A DNA stretch of 64,000 bases from Tubiluchus corallicola. Its lineage: Eukaryota > Animalia > Priapulida. Under the pieces are notes generated by a model. The model saw nothing but the letters and a program-made list of their open reading frames with translations, did not search any database and was not told the DNA's origin. A program made the position numbers and the translations under genes. The stretch covers positions 1 through 64,000 of the forward strand of contig JAQGDQ010000876.1 in assembly GCA_030141605.1 (NCBI GenBank). The letters run 5' to 3'. This document shows, piece after piece, positions 13,801 to 26,800 of this stretch (position 1 is its first letter; every line of letters begins with the position of its first letter).

Positions 13801-15135
13801 AGCAGACTTTCCAGTGATGAAGCATCTGTTAATGTCATTCAGAAGTCCAATTAACATGCAGTTTTTTTGCAAAAGGCAACAACGAAACTCTCCAAAAATG
13901 CCATATTAAAATGGTGGTATAGTAGGCACCGCTTAGTAGACTCACTTTGGGAAGTGTTTTGACCCAATTAACAGACTGATTCAATTAGCCGATGGACGTA
14001 GCCCATTACTACCGTCACCACCATAGAAGTATGAGTCATCGCTCGTCACTTTAGCATGCATTGCAAAGGCTCTAAATGAATTTTAGAAACGATTTAATAT
14101 CAAAATTCCAATGTGCAATTACTTAAGAAAACTAATTTATATAAGTGAATTAATAAAAGAGGAAAATAAAGAATTGCACAAACTGATTATTACCACAAAA
14201 AATTACAAAAATTCATGCAAGGTCAGTGGCTTCATTTCTTCACGAGGAAGCTGGTGTATGAACTTCTTATAATGATAAAAATGTTGAAAATCTGTTGCTG
14301 TTTGTTGTACATAGTCACGCAAAACACCTAGTCACCTAGTGCTTGAGCTGCAGTTGGTGATGACCTTGTATCCCCTGTGAAAAGCAGCGGGAACTTCAAA
14401 AACAAAAGGCTGGGCAAGTGATTAAATGTTTAGCTTCCAGAAACAATAAGGTTAACTCCAGTGGACAAGCGGGTGACAGATTCGAAGTAAAACCGCTAGG
14501 CTAGTATATTAGCGCATGACAAACGTACTTATAAACAAAGCTGTACCTAACATGACTGTTTCTATGCATATTATAGGGCACAAAATCAATGCAAAGATGA
14601 CATAAAAGTAGTGAAAGCTCTATGATCACACACAAGTGTCTTATTTTAAGTGCGTAAAGCAAAAATATTGTGTCAGTTGTGCTGAATTATTTGAGTAAAT
14701 TGCCGACAATTTTACATGTTTTTATATACATTTGAATAGGAGCGGCCAATACCAGACGTTTTTGAGTCAATTAGACAACTGATTCTATTAACCATGAGTC
14801 TAATAAACAGCACCTACTATATTATAAAGTTTTTTAAATTCTTCAAAATAAGAAAATTATCTGTTTTGTAAACAACCCACTAAATAATAATGATATTATT
14901 TTTGTCTGTGGACATTATAGTGTGATAGGATTTTTTGGCTACTGAGATAATAAACAGTTCTGTGTCGACCTGTTCCAATTATACCTGCAACTTGGTGTCA
15001 CGATGTCGTACGTCTTTGTGCATCTACCTGTAGTCCTATAGGTTTCCTCATCCATTCCATGATTAATTAGTAAATTATGAATTAATTATGAAAATCTATG
15101 AATATGTATTCAAGTTAATTATGAAGTTTGTTTGT

Positions 15136-15166
<31 letters not shown>

Positions 15167-15447
15167 AAGTCGGCTTTTGGGTCAACAGTTAACATTAGCT
15201 CAAAGAGCTATTACCGCCGACTGTAAATAACAACCTACAGCTACATAACAGAGACTATTATTACCCCACTTTTATCCTAAATACCATGTGTCAGGCAGGG
15301 CAACAGCAGCTGCCATTTTTAAAGTCTTTGGTATAACCCGGCCGCTGGTTCGAACTCACGACCTGCCAGACGGAAAGCAGACGCATTACCACTAGACTAA
15401 ACCATCTGGTCTTTACAGAAGCAAAGTTCAAGCAGTTGGAAAAGTGA
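10826..15447 (+). CDS. BLOC1S2: BLOC-1 subunit 2
   Basis: Exons 11130-11258, 12443-12562, 13364-13468, 15419-15447 (TGA) give [31 protein letters not shown]...[41 protein letters not shown], matching BLOC1S2. First coding exon (ATG 10826) is uncertain because no in-phase GT donor follows it. Confidence 0.9.
11365..12227. repeat. Dispersed repeat, TTAA-flanked; deleted copy at about 42645-42974
   Basis: Blocks GAGCTAG..TAGGACT..GTCGGGGTCG and GCAATAGCTGTGTTCGGTTGCCGTTAATTAACTTTCTAAG..AATCGTCCGG are shared between the two loci. Confidence 0.6.
12572..13207 (+). mobile_element. Helitron family copy lacking the 5' end
   Basis: Shares internal blocks with the other two copies and ends GCGGGGCCTTTGCTAG|T. 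Confidence 0.75.
13919..14820. mobile_element. Tc1-type MITE (partial second copy at about 49697-50100)
   Basis: Imperfect TIR TAGTAGGCACCGCTTAGTAGACTCA / TGAGTCTAATAAACAGCACCTACTA; homologous left half at 49697 onward. Confidence 0.65.
15141..15408 (-). mobile_element. tRNA-derived SINE with (TTA)n tail, MetaSINE-like core
   Basis: A-box/B-box head (TAGTCTAGTGG..GAGTTCGAACC), core TACCAAAGACTTTAAAAATGG, TSD GTCTTTA at 15134-15140 and 15409-15415; second copy at 57872-58140. Confidence 0.85.
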
Positions 15448-16766
15448 AAGTTGTAAAAACTGGAGCAGCAGAAGAAGTTGATAGTCATGATGGACTGGAA
15501 AAAGCAGAACACATTCTTCATTTCACAGAATGGACAGTTAGACGGTAGAGTCAAAGATGAGGATGTACATACAAGCGTGAAGACAATGTAAATACGAATG
15601 TAAATATTGAAATTAATTTTAATAATGATAATGACTTTAATCACTGTTAAACTGTCAAAAATTTAAAAGGAAATACAGAGCAATGATTCTCAACAAGTAC
15701 AACACTTTCTAATTTCCCACACCTACTGCAGCAGCCGTACCACAATCCTGGTACAGATTATGCAAAACAAGGCATCACTGATAAATCTTTAGAGCTGATG
15801 TCAACATAGTGCAATCTATTATTTTTCTTCCTACCATTTCCACTAACACATCCTTCTACCCTTCCTGTGTGATCTAACCTTTCACCCAGTTCTTTTTTTT
15901 GTTCACTCATCCATTCTTTTTTATCAGGTTCACATGACAGTGGGCTTATACAAGCCTTTGCTTCTCTAGCCCACTGAAGTACAATTATTCTTTTATGATA
16001 ACGATAGTGTATGAAACATAATAATTTATTACAGTTCACATGACAGTGGGCTTATACAAGCCTTTGCTTCTCTAGCCCACTGCAGTACAATTATTCTTTT
16101 ATGATAACGATAGTGTATGAAATATAACAATTTAATACAGTAGATGTAATAATTTTGATGTCACTGTGTGCTTAATGTCATTATATTGTACTGAATGTGA
16201 TAATAATAATAAATAAATAAAAAAATATTGTTTCTTGTTGAAAATGAACAAAGCAGGCATGAGGTTAAAATGTGATAAGATATTATGGTTATCCATAAAT
16301 GAGCAGTCTCCTAGTAATGAATTTACGAGAAACTTCTTTTCAGGAACAAATCATGAATAGGAGTTAACATAGTACAAGTTGAAATGTTCTTGATTCCAGT
16401 AAAGAGAATATATTATATAATTTATACATTGCAATAAATCACAACAGTCGTCATCGGTAAGATTTCTACGTTCATTATCCTACTATTAACATAACTAATA
16501 TCACTCGGATATTAGCGACTAACAAAAGCTTAATGACAATAGCATGTATAAACAAAAAAGTAAAACAATGAACTCTACCTACTGTGCAAGTAATCAAATG
16601 CATAGTTTTTAAGTGTCTTACAAGTTTATGTAATTAATGCAAATGCTTAAGCAGTTTTGCTCACCTGTTCATTACACGTATTACACGTAAGTTTGTGAGG
16701 TAGAGCTTCACAGTACTGCTAATGAATTACTTACTCAAAATGTTTATAGAAACTTGTACCCAGATG

Positions 16767-17554
16767 CAGGGCCTATTTCAGCCTAAACGAGGCCCAGGGA
16801 AGTAGGGCGTGTGAGGCCCCCTCGGGCTGTTTCAGTATTTACTACGCTCTTTGCGGGCCTAAAAAGATATCTCAGTGCAACGCAAGATTTTAATATAACG
16901 ATTACAGAATACAATAGTTTAAAATTTCGCTTGTAAACTTTTAAAAAGCTTATCTATTTAAATCACAGACTTACTGTCTTACTCTGCCTTAATCTAATAT
17001 ATTTCATGATTAATTGCAGCAGGTGCAAACTTTTTAATTGTTCGTTGCATTTAATTTCAATGCAATGACGGAAGCTACAGAGCATAACATTGCGGGTTGA
17101 GCTAAGTCAGTTTCTAATGTAGTACAGTTTTCTCTTGCAATTAGGTTTAACAGACGTGCATTCAGGGCCTATTTCAGCCTGTGCCACCATGGTTGGCGCC
17201 CAGAACTGCTAAAACGCCAGAGAAGCATTTTTGAAGAGAAAATCTGGAGTTATACAGTTGTTAAAGGAAAGAACAATTGAAAGAAAAACTGCTTTATTCT
17301 CAAGACCAGTCCCAAATACTTGTCAAACAGCAATCGGGTAATCGTCCAGTGTTAGAAATTCCGAAATTGAAAACAGCTGAACATCGGCACTGAGACGCAC
17401 AAGGCAAACGGTGCGCGTGCGGCAAGAGAGAGGGAGAGAGGAGGCAGTATGTTCGCATAAACCAAAAAAAGTGTTACCTTGGCGCGAGGCCCCCCTGGAG
17501 GGTGAGGCCACGGGGAAGTATCCCCACTCCCCCCCCCTGCTGCAATAGGCCCTG
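16767..17554. mobile_element. hAT-type MITE
   Basis: TIR CAGGGCCTATT; perfect 8-bp TSD CCCAGATG; an extra internal TIR copy at about 17163; related end fragment at about 2702-2765. Confidence 0.85.
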
Positions 17555-17899
17555 CCCAGATGTCAAAAGCAACAACAGTTTTCCACATTTGGCAATGTTA
17601 TGGTAGAGAGTAGTTAGTGTAATGGAAGTACATTGAAAGAAAAGATGTCAGTTTATAACTAACATGTCTAACCTCTTCCATTTGCTTAATAGCTCACAAC
17701 TTTTTAATTGTTTGCGTCTTAGCTATACATAAACCAATAGTAACACCATTACCATAGTGCTCAGAAGCAGAATGTGAACTTTTTACTTCACCGAATGCTC
17801 TTGTATTTACCGGCAGAGCGAGTTATCATATCGTGGCTTTGCTGACATCACAGATTTAACACAGAAAAACCCACTTGTCAAACTTTTTGCGAGTGTGAT

Positions 17900-20800
17900 T
17901 CATAGACTAGTATTTGGTCTGTTAATGATTACAACTCCGGCATAACTTCGTCCTATACTCATACAAGACGGTAATAGTGACCACATGTCAGTTTTTGGAT
18001 TGTACACTTCTACTGAAGTAAGATTAGACGACCCGTCGTCACCGCCAACAACGTAAAGTAATCCGTCCACTGCTGCAACTCCTGAAATATAAAAACTCTA
18101 CAGTAAGACAGTAAGTGTGCTTGTATTATTAAATTTTCTTCTATAGTTATTTCAAAGGCTGGTGTGAACTCAAACTGTTGTATCAATCAATTCTTTTTGT
18201 AATTTAACATTCACATTGACCAAATACTTAGAACTACATATTGAAAACGAATTTGCAACAATTATTTCAACTTTGTTTATATTCACAAAAGATTCAAGAT
18301 TGAATTCTTTCGGACTTTATTTACTCAAAAGTGTATTTTCATAACAGTACGTCCGACAGTACTACAATTCTCCATCTGCGAGACCTTGATAAATGAGAAC
18401 AATGGCAGAGTGATCACAGTCATGCTTGGCTGTAAAGTTAAGCAATACAGAGCTTGACTAATAAACGGATAGGTGATTTCATCTGCCTGCTACTCTGTAC
18501 AGTTTTCAACTATTTTTCTTATTGAAATAAATGTAATTGTTGAATTAACAATCTTAAGATGAAATTTCTGCAATTAATCTCAATTAGATGTTTATAAAGG
18601 AATTATTTCTACTGCACGCGGTATGAGAGAGCATTGCCATTCACTTATTAATTAAACAACATTTCCATTTTAGAAATCTCTGCAACTTGCAAATGAGTTA
18701 AACAATCTTAGAAACTAGCAAATGCCCCGTCAAAAATTTTGCGTATAAATACACTCATACGGCTGTTTGACCAAAATTTCGAAAAAATCACGAGTTGGGT
18801 CCGGGAAAACGACCGTTACGGGACGCCGTCGCGAATTCTAAATATGCCTATGACACCCACCGCTGCACGGGCTATCTATCTATAGCCAGCACCACCCAAG
18901 GCCCGTTCTCCAGATCTCAGACGTATAACTTTTGCAAAAAACGGCCATTTTTGGAGGTTTTTCGCCTCCCGTTCCTCGCGGTGGGCCCGATTCGAAAAAT
19001 AAACCCCCAATGGCAAGACACTAGATCGAGACCTTTCGTTTGATGTGTAGATCGCCGCAAATGGTGCCGTCATCGGAGCTGTAGCCTCGAATCTCATATA
19101 TAAATATATAACATACCAGTAGAATTAATATATACGATAGCACAGTAAAAGATATTTGCCATACTTATAAAAATCTCAATGCTTTTATTCAACGCATTAC
19201 AGAAGCCCGTCGAATTTAAATGATTGATTACCTGCATTTCTCCGACACATTGACATATCAGCTACTTGCATCCATGAATTGGTCTCACAATTGTAACACT
19301 CCACCGTTTTTCTCACCAGAGGGCCATCGTGCCCGCCGACGGCATACAACAAATTGTTTAATACTCCAACACCTACGCAAAGCAATAGAGCTAGAAATAT
19401 CTTCATAGTAGTAAAAATGCTTGGGTAATTAATTCACTTTGGATGTTCTTGGTAGGGGGAAGGGGTAGCGTTAGGATGGGTATCCTTGATTCTTAAAAAG
19501 CAGAGAAAATTAGAAACATGATTAGGTACACGATATTTAACTTATATGGTCAACCTTTGGTATAAGATACTCGCTTATAAGACATTCGCTTATAAGGAAC
19601 CACACAGTCAACCTCGGGTATAAGGTACTCGCTTATAAGGGACATTCGCTTATAAGGAACCACACAGTCAACCTCGGGTTTAAGATACTCGCTTATAAGG
19701 GACCACCAATACGGGTCCCGATTTTTCGTAACGTTTTTCCTATGTAAAAATCTTCGTATATAAGGTACTCGAATATAAGGGACTTTCGCTTATAAGGGAT
19801 GATATCTTCAGGTCCCGCGTAATAGAATCCCAAGAAAATTACCTTGCATATAAGGGATCCTATGATCAAAGCGAAATTGATCGATTTTTAACCACAATTT
19901 TTCCAAAACTCGGCCTTCGAACAACTCGGTTACCGTGGTCACATACATCTCAAATCACTGAAGGAGCTTCCTACATACCGTTTGCACTGAATGTGTAGCA
20001 ATAATCCATAAAAATATGGGTAAAAGTGCAGAAAAGTACAGGCCTAGATGCACCCTCAGTGTGACTCAACTTCGGCTATAAGGGGCGTTTTTTTTCTGGT
20101 CCCGAGGTGTCCCTTATATCCGAGGTTTACTGTACTCAGTTTAATAAAGAGAACTACGGGGAAATTTCAGTGCAATTAAAATGTTTATTCGCTGAAGATG
20201 CTGAATCTTGCTTACCTGCGCCACTCCTCCTTGCTGACATTTCAGCTACAGGTGACCAGGTATCACTTTCTGAACTATACAGCTCAACACTAGAAAGACA
20301 TTGTCTAGAAACGCCATCGTAGCCTCCTACAGCATAGAGACGACCTGAAAAACGTGCGAGAACATGTTTCTGAGTACTTTGCATACATTATCGGGTTCTC
20401 CTCTAAGCACAATTATTTAAGTGAAGCTGCTTTGTTTACGTTTCCAAAGGATTTTTATCAAAAAGAAATCACAATATGGCAGTCTGTTCTTGGCTAAGAG
20501 AGAAGTTGTTGTTGTTTTGTCTCAGTTAAACCATTTATTTGTCAAGAGTAGTAGAGCCATGATATAAAACTGCGAGAGACTACTACTTCATGATGCCCAA
20601 TCTCAAAAAATTCATGTTTGAGTAGCTTTATTACGTTTTATCTGTAAGAAAAATCAGAACAAAATGTAACGAACTAATTTGAGCCAAAAAGGAAACAAAG
20701 AAATTAATAATAAAGTGAGACTGAATAAACTTACATCATGGCTCTACTACTCTTGACAAATAAATGGTTTAACTGAGATAAAACAACAACAACAACAACT

Positions 20801-23800
20801 TTCTTAGCCAAGAACAACAACAACAACAACGACTCTCTTAGCCAAGAACAGACTGCCAACTAGGCAGGTAAACTAGCTCTGTCAATAGAGCATGACAAAA
20901 AGAAGCCAAGTCAAGACATACATACGAATGCAGTAAAAAAAGAACAGTATAGGGGGTTTACAGAATGAAAGAACACTGAAGTACAACCTAAAATCCTTCA
21001 CAACATGGTTTGATGCTTTTCATAATCTGGCTATAGCACATGTCTGTTTTAGCTGCATTAATGAATTTGGCACAATGTTCACAGCTTCATATAAGTCAAA
21101 AGATTTTGAAGAAAAAAAATTATAACATGCACGAAATAGACTTACGCCAAGAACAGTCTGGTTCGCAATAATTTTAACAATTTGCATTTTCTAACGTGTA
21201 ACCAGTGAATGCGGTGGGTAGGCACAAAGCTAAAGTACCAATAACTTTTGACCATCAGCCTTATACTACATTGTACATGCATGTAGCGAAACATCGGTAA
21301 GGTTTATTGCCGCAGAATTTCAATAATTTCCAATTCTTACCATTGATGACTCCTACGCCAACACTGCTTCTACGTGTGCTCATAGGAGACACCGCTTTCC
21401 ATTCGCCCACATGAGGATCATAGCACTCCACTGAATTTAACCCTTTCAAATTAATTAATAATTAATAATAGCAAATTGCTTGTCTTCTATTTAAAACAGA
21501 ATCTTAATATAGGTTTTACACGTCAAATGTAGACATAGGGATTTCGAATGTGTTTTGGTAACTCAAATGTGACTTAGGTAAGTCAAATGTAGATGCGGTA
21601 CTTTGAATAAAACGGTAATTAACTCATTTAAGTGCAAATTACAAAAAGATAAAACCAAATTAAAATTATATTTTATGGTCATGGTGCTATCGGCAGCATC
21701 AATTTTTATTATATTTAATTAATTTGCAACTATTTGTATGGACGTTAATACATTTTTCAAATATAAAGAAAATGTTTATTTGATAAGAACACTTAAAAGT
21801 GTTGTACATAAATAAGTTAACAATTATACAATTATTAATATATACACCAATTCTACATTTTATTTGTCAACGTTTTACAAAAAATGTCGGCAGAAAAGAA
21901 TAAATCGGTTCCCACTTCCCAATGAACAGTGAATCACTAATTAGTTTTTTAAGTAATGCATTAGCACTGCATTAATGAATTAGTTTCTCTCAAGAAACAT
22001 TGTTTATTTTAAGAATGTATTGTTTTCTCTAACAGTTCCAATGGTATGTAAAGTTTGCAGAATATTAGTGAACCTATAACGTTGTTATTTTAACTTAAGA
22101 GCAATTATTAAATTGAAATTAAAGAAGATTAAATTTAACATCCTTAAACTTTACCACCTATCCACATTTGAGATACCAATGTCACATTTGACTTGACATG
22201 TGTCTACATTTGACTTACCAAAAACGCTTAAGATTTCTTGAAAACCATTGTTAACACATTTGAACTACCTAAGTCTACATTTGAGTTACCAAGACACATT
22301 TGAATTACCTAAATCTACATTTGAGTTAACGCACATCTACATTTGACATGTAAAACCTATAGTTAATAACAACTTCAAGAAGAAAGTTAACACCTAAATT
22401 CCATAGCAATGAAACACTCAGCAGACATGATACGACCTGCTCACTACGGGTGAGCATTGTGCAGACATGACACGACCTGCTCACTAGGGGTGAGCATTCT
22501 CTACCAGAAAGCGAATTCGAATCTGGATTTGATTTTGTTCTGCAGTAAAACCGCCATTAGTTTGTTAAAAATTTTGCACAGAAACTGCAGCTAAATTGCA
22601 CTAATTTCATGCTGTTTCAAACATTTTAATGATGAAGAACGTATGTGGCCCAAATGCTGAATTATTCGAATCTGTAATTTTAGGTTCGAATTCGATTTTA
22701 GGTTCAATGCTCAACCCTACTCCTTACCATGATTAAAAACTGAAGGACATCACAGAACAACACAGTATTTTTGCATTTTTTGTCATTTCTTTTAGGAAAC
22801 TGTACATCTTAAACAAAAAGTACTTCACGTTAATAAGTCAAATTAACAAAAAAGTAATTTTCCTGAATGACAAACTTGTGACATACTACAGCACCATCAT
22901 GGTAAGTACTACGGCCAAATCACGCTGAAAACACCGGTTCTCATCTGATCACCGAAGTTAAGCAACGTAGAGCCTGGTTAGTGCTTGGATGGGTGACCGC
23001 CTAGGAATCCCAGGTGCTGTAGGTTTGCGGGATGCCCACACTGTATCTTGACACTAGGCGGAGGAGCTGCACAAGCAGCCAACGGCTAGAGGGCGGAGGA
23101 GGTCAAGTGACCGAACGGCCATGTGTAGAGGAGTAAACCTTCCAAATCAGGAGTGGAGCCCCGAAAGAGGACCAGTGCAGCATGCTCACTGGCTCCGGCA
23201 GCTCCTGCAGACAACCTGGTGCCAAACGTATAGTTTCACTTTCCTTTGGACTACATCAGGGAGGAAGAGAGGGGGTTCCTGTTGTCTGGGCAACTCAGGA
23301 TCTCCATACACCTTACCCAGGCGTGCGCCCTGGAGACGTTCAAGGATCGGACTCTCTTTGCGCACATTCCATTGTCTTCCGAGACAGAAGGATGCCAACA
23401 ACATCATGGTAAATGTCAGACAACACAAGAGATGAGGGAGTCAGAACAGCAGCTAAAATGTTTTGTAAACATGTCATTAACCCGACATCACATCAGTACC
23501 AAATACTCGTTCTTATCAATCTAATCCAGACACTCACCTGTAGAGCCATCAAAGCCACCCACGGCATAAATGAGACCATTCAAAACAGCTGCACCTAATG
23601 TACTACGCCTTGCGTCCATACTTTGCAGGGAGATCCACTGATCCTTCTGAGGATTGTACGTGTCGACAGACCGCACTCGCAAGTTACCGTTGAATCCTCC
23701 GACTGCATAAACCATTCCATTTAACACTGCCACACCTGTAAACACGCAAAGATGAAAAGCCGACTCTAAATATACTTCTCAGTATAGACATAGACATTTT

Positions 23801-26800
23801 ATTTTTCTCCAATTTGTGTCACAAATTTCCATTTTACGAAAAAAAAACTTTGTCTGTGGAGATGGGGCAAGGAAAGACCGTAGGTCATCTAGTCACTCAC
23901 CCCTTATAATTTAATATTGATGACAGAAAAAAGAATTGATGACACAGGATGCAATTAAACTAATCAAAAATAAAGCAATAACAAAAGCAAAATTATAAAA
24001 ACAAACATAACAACAATAGCATAAGTGAAAAAAAATGATAATAAATGAAGATGATGAATAAGTATCACAATAATTAGTTACGAATTAAATAAAATGATAA
24101 TAATGTACAGTTGTTTACAAAATTCTCGACAACAAAAAATAATGTGAATATGATTATATAACAGAAAAAAAGAAACATAAAAGCAAAGCAGAGCTGCTAA
24201 TTTATGTCACCGTCCAAAATTAATTGCTAATTGGGTATAGTGCATACACAAAAAATGTGTTTTAGCAGTTTTTTTACAAAATAATTTTTATAAACAAACA
24301 CTGGTAAAGTGAAATGACGATGAAATTAATCAACACTCTTGACACGACACCATCTGTATAGTTCTTAATTACGTTATTTTTAATATATGAAGTTGCAATC
24401 CAGAGAAATTAAACATCGCTTAAAAAGTTCATAGATCATAACTGCGATTCAGAATGCAGTATAGAAACGTGGTCTTTAAGATTAATCATAAGCGCTAAAT
24501 TCCTCTTGACTTACTTATCTGATCCCACCATTCGTCTTTCACTGATTTGTGGCAACATTTTTCCTTCATAATACAGTCGACCCTCGTTAAACCGGACCCC
24601 ATTAGCCCGGATATCGGATAAGATGGACGTCATCCGTGTAAAGGAAATTGACCGATTTCTGTCCGAGCGCTAAACACAACACGGCCTACCAACTGTACAA
24701 TAATTTCTTTATCCTCACAGGTTAAGTATTTTACAGTATAGTATATAGTGCAATGTATATAGGCCTTATTAAGGTGATTATTCCTGTATAATATAGACCA
24801 TATATAGGCATATCGGATAAATTGGACAATCGGCTAAACCGGACACCCCCCAATTAGTCCAGTTTAACGAGGGTTGCCTGTAATTGCATTTGTATTCTGC
24901 ATACTGTTAGTAATGGAGTCTGACTGTGTTGAGCCAAAATAAATAAAACCCAGTAGTTTATGTCAAATGTAAATTAGCCTAAGGAGACACTAACGTATGT
25001 TGAATTAGTAAGGATATGTGAGAATCCAAGATGTTGCAATAAGATCTTATACATTGTTGTACAACTGACCTCCAAGTTCTTTGGAATCAGCACATTTGGA
25101 TCTTCAGGGAATGAATTACATAAAGGCTCTTTCACATAAACAACTAGGTTTATTGATTGTGGCTTGTCGTGATTAAGTAATCCGTGACAGATGCCAACTA
25201 ACCGATTATTTACTGCACATCGTAATATTAACAAAATAAAGCGTTAATTAAATGAAATGCTTAATCTTCTCTGCACTTTCCAACCTGTTTGTTGAGCTGC
25301 CTGAGCATTGTATAAGCTACTTAGCATTGATAATCTCATACTCTTCAGACGTCTCATCTTGTTAAGCTGCCTGAGCATTGTATAAGCTACTTAGCATTGA
25401 TAATCTCATACTCTTCAGATGTCTCAGCGAGTTTATATAAAAGTTGCGTGACCAGTTCATTTACTTGTCACCTGTTGAAGGTGAGATATATTGCAATCAG
25501 GTTTTTAGCCTTAGTAAAAGTACAAAACTACGAGTGTCATCAAATATGATTAAGTACAGTTGCTTAAATGATGAAGCAATTAGACAGACTTGGAGTAAAA
25601 ACTAAACTAGAACTACTGACCGGCTCTGCACCTGCGTGTTTGCATATCAGACACCTGATACCAACGTTCTTGCTGGAAGTCGTAACATTCAACTGACTTT
25701 ATGGCTTTTGGTGCTTGTCCACCAATTACTAGCATAACCTGTTGAAAAACAAATACGGTCTAATATCATATAAACTCTAAACTGTTATAATGAAACAGAC
25801 CTTCCTTAACTCACTGCTATCAATGTTGGGAAAAAAGTCGCAGTAAATTAAATTGTAACCTACAAGTTAATCATTAAGTTTCCCAAGTTTTTATTTTCCC
25901 AAAAACATTTAAGTTGACTGTCTCCTACCTTTGCTTGTCAGGTTATTTGTTGATGTTTATTAGCAAAACCGACAAAATTCAACATAAAAAAATTCACATA
26001 ACTAAATCTATTACCGACAAAATTCAACATAAAAATTCACGCAACTAAATCTATTACCGACAAAATTCAACATAAAAATTCACGCAACTAAATCTATTAC
26101 CGACAAAATTCAACATAAAAATTCACGTAACTAATCTATTACCGACAAAATTCAACATAAAAATTCACGTAACTAAATCTATTACCGACAAAATTCAACA
26201 TAAAAATTCACGCAACTAAATCTATTACCGACAAAATTCAACATAAAAATTCACGCAACTAAATCTATTACCGACAAAATTCAACATAAAAATTCACGCA
26301 ACTAAATCTATTACAGCGAATATTCAGATAATCGCAAAATGCTTATTAGTTTATACATCAATTGTACAAACCTTAGGTAATCCGACTGGTGTACGAGGTT
26401 TAGTTCTTGGTGTTCTGAACATAGTTTTCTGCTCACCTCGAAGCAAGTGAAATTTCATGGCTTCTATAAGGAAGTCTTTGCAAACGGCATTACTACGTAT
26501 TAATGGTTCGTCCTCCACTGTCTGAACAAGATATTCCTGTAGTGATTAAATAACAACTTGTAAAAGATTTAATTAAGAATAACAAAAATTGCAAACTTGA
26601 TTAACTCAAACCATGTGACAAATTGAGAAGAAACTCAAGCTTTTGCAAAGTTGTATGTAGAGAAGACAAGATAAAAACTGTGTGGAAGTTGGAATTGTAC
26701 ATTATAATTAGGTGCTGCCATCTATGTGCTAATCCTGTTACATTCTACCAGCTGACTTACCCCCAGTATAATTGTATGGTCCAGTGAATGCATATTCACT

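Noticed and set aside
15928-16141. About 105-bp tandem duplication downstream of BLOC1S2 (and a 71-bp one at about 25294-25408)
   Set aside because: Simple local duplications with no evident functional signal.
17807-17902. Stop-codon readthrough like Drosophila kelch
   Set aside because: Stop is UGA-A rather than a leaky UGA-C context, and only 30 codons follow before TAA; there is no long second ORF.
22907-23026. Functional 5S rRNA gene
   Set aside because: Single copy, no T4+ terminator, fused to a SINE body and enclosed by the SINE's TSD.
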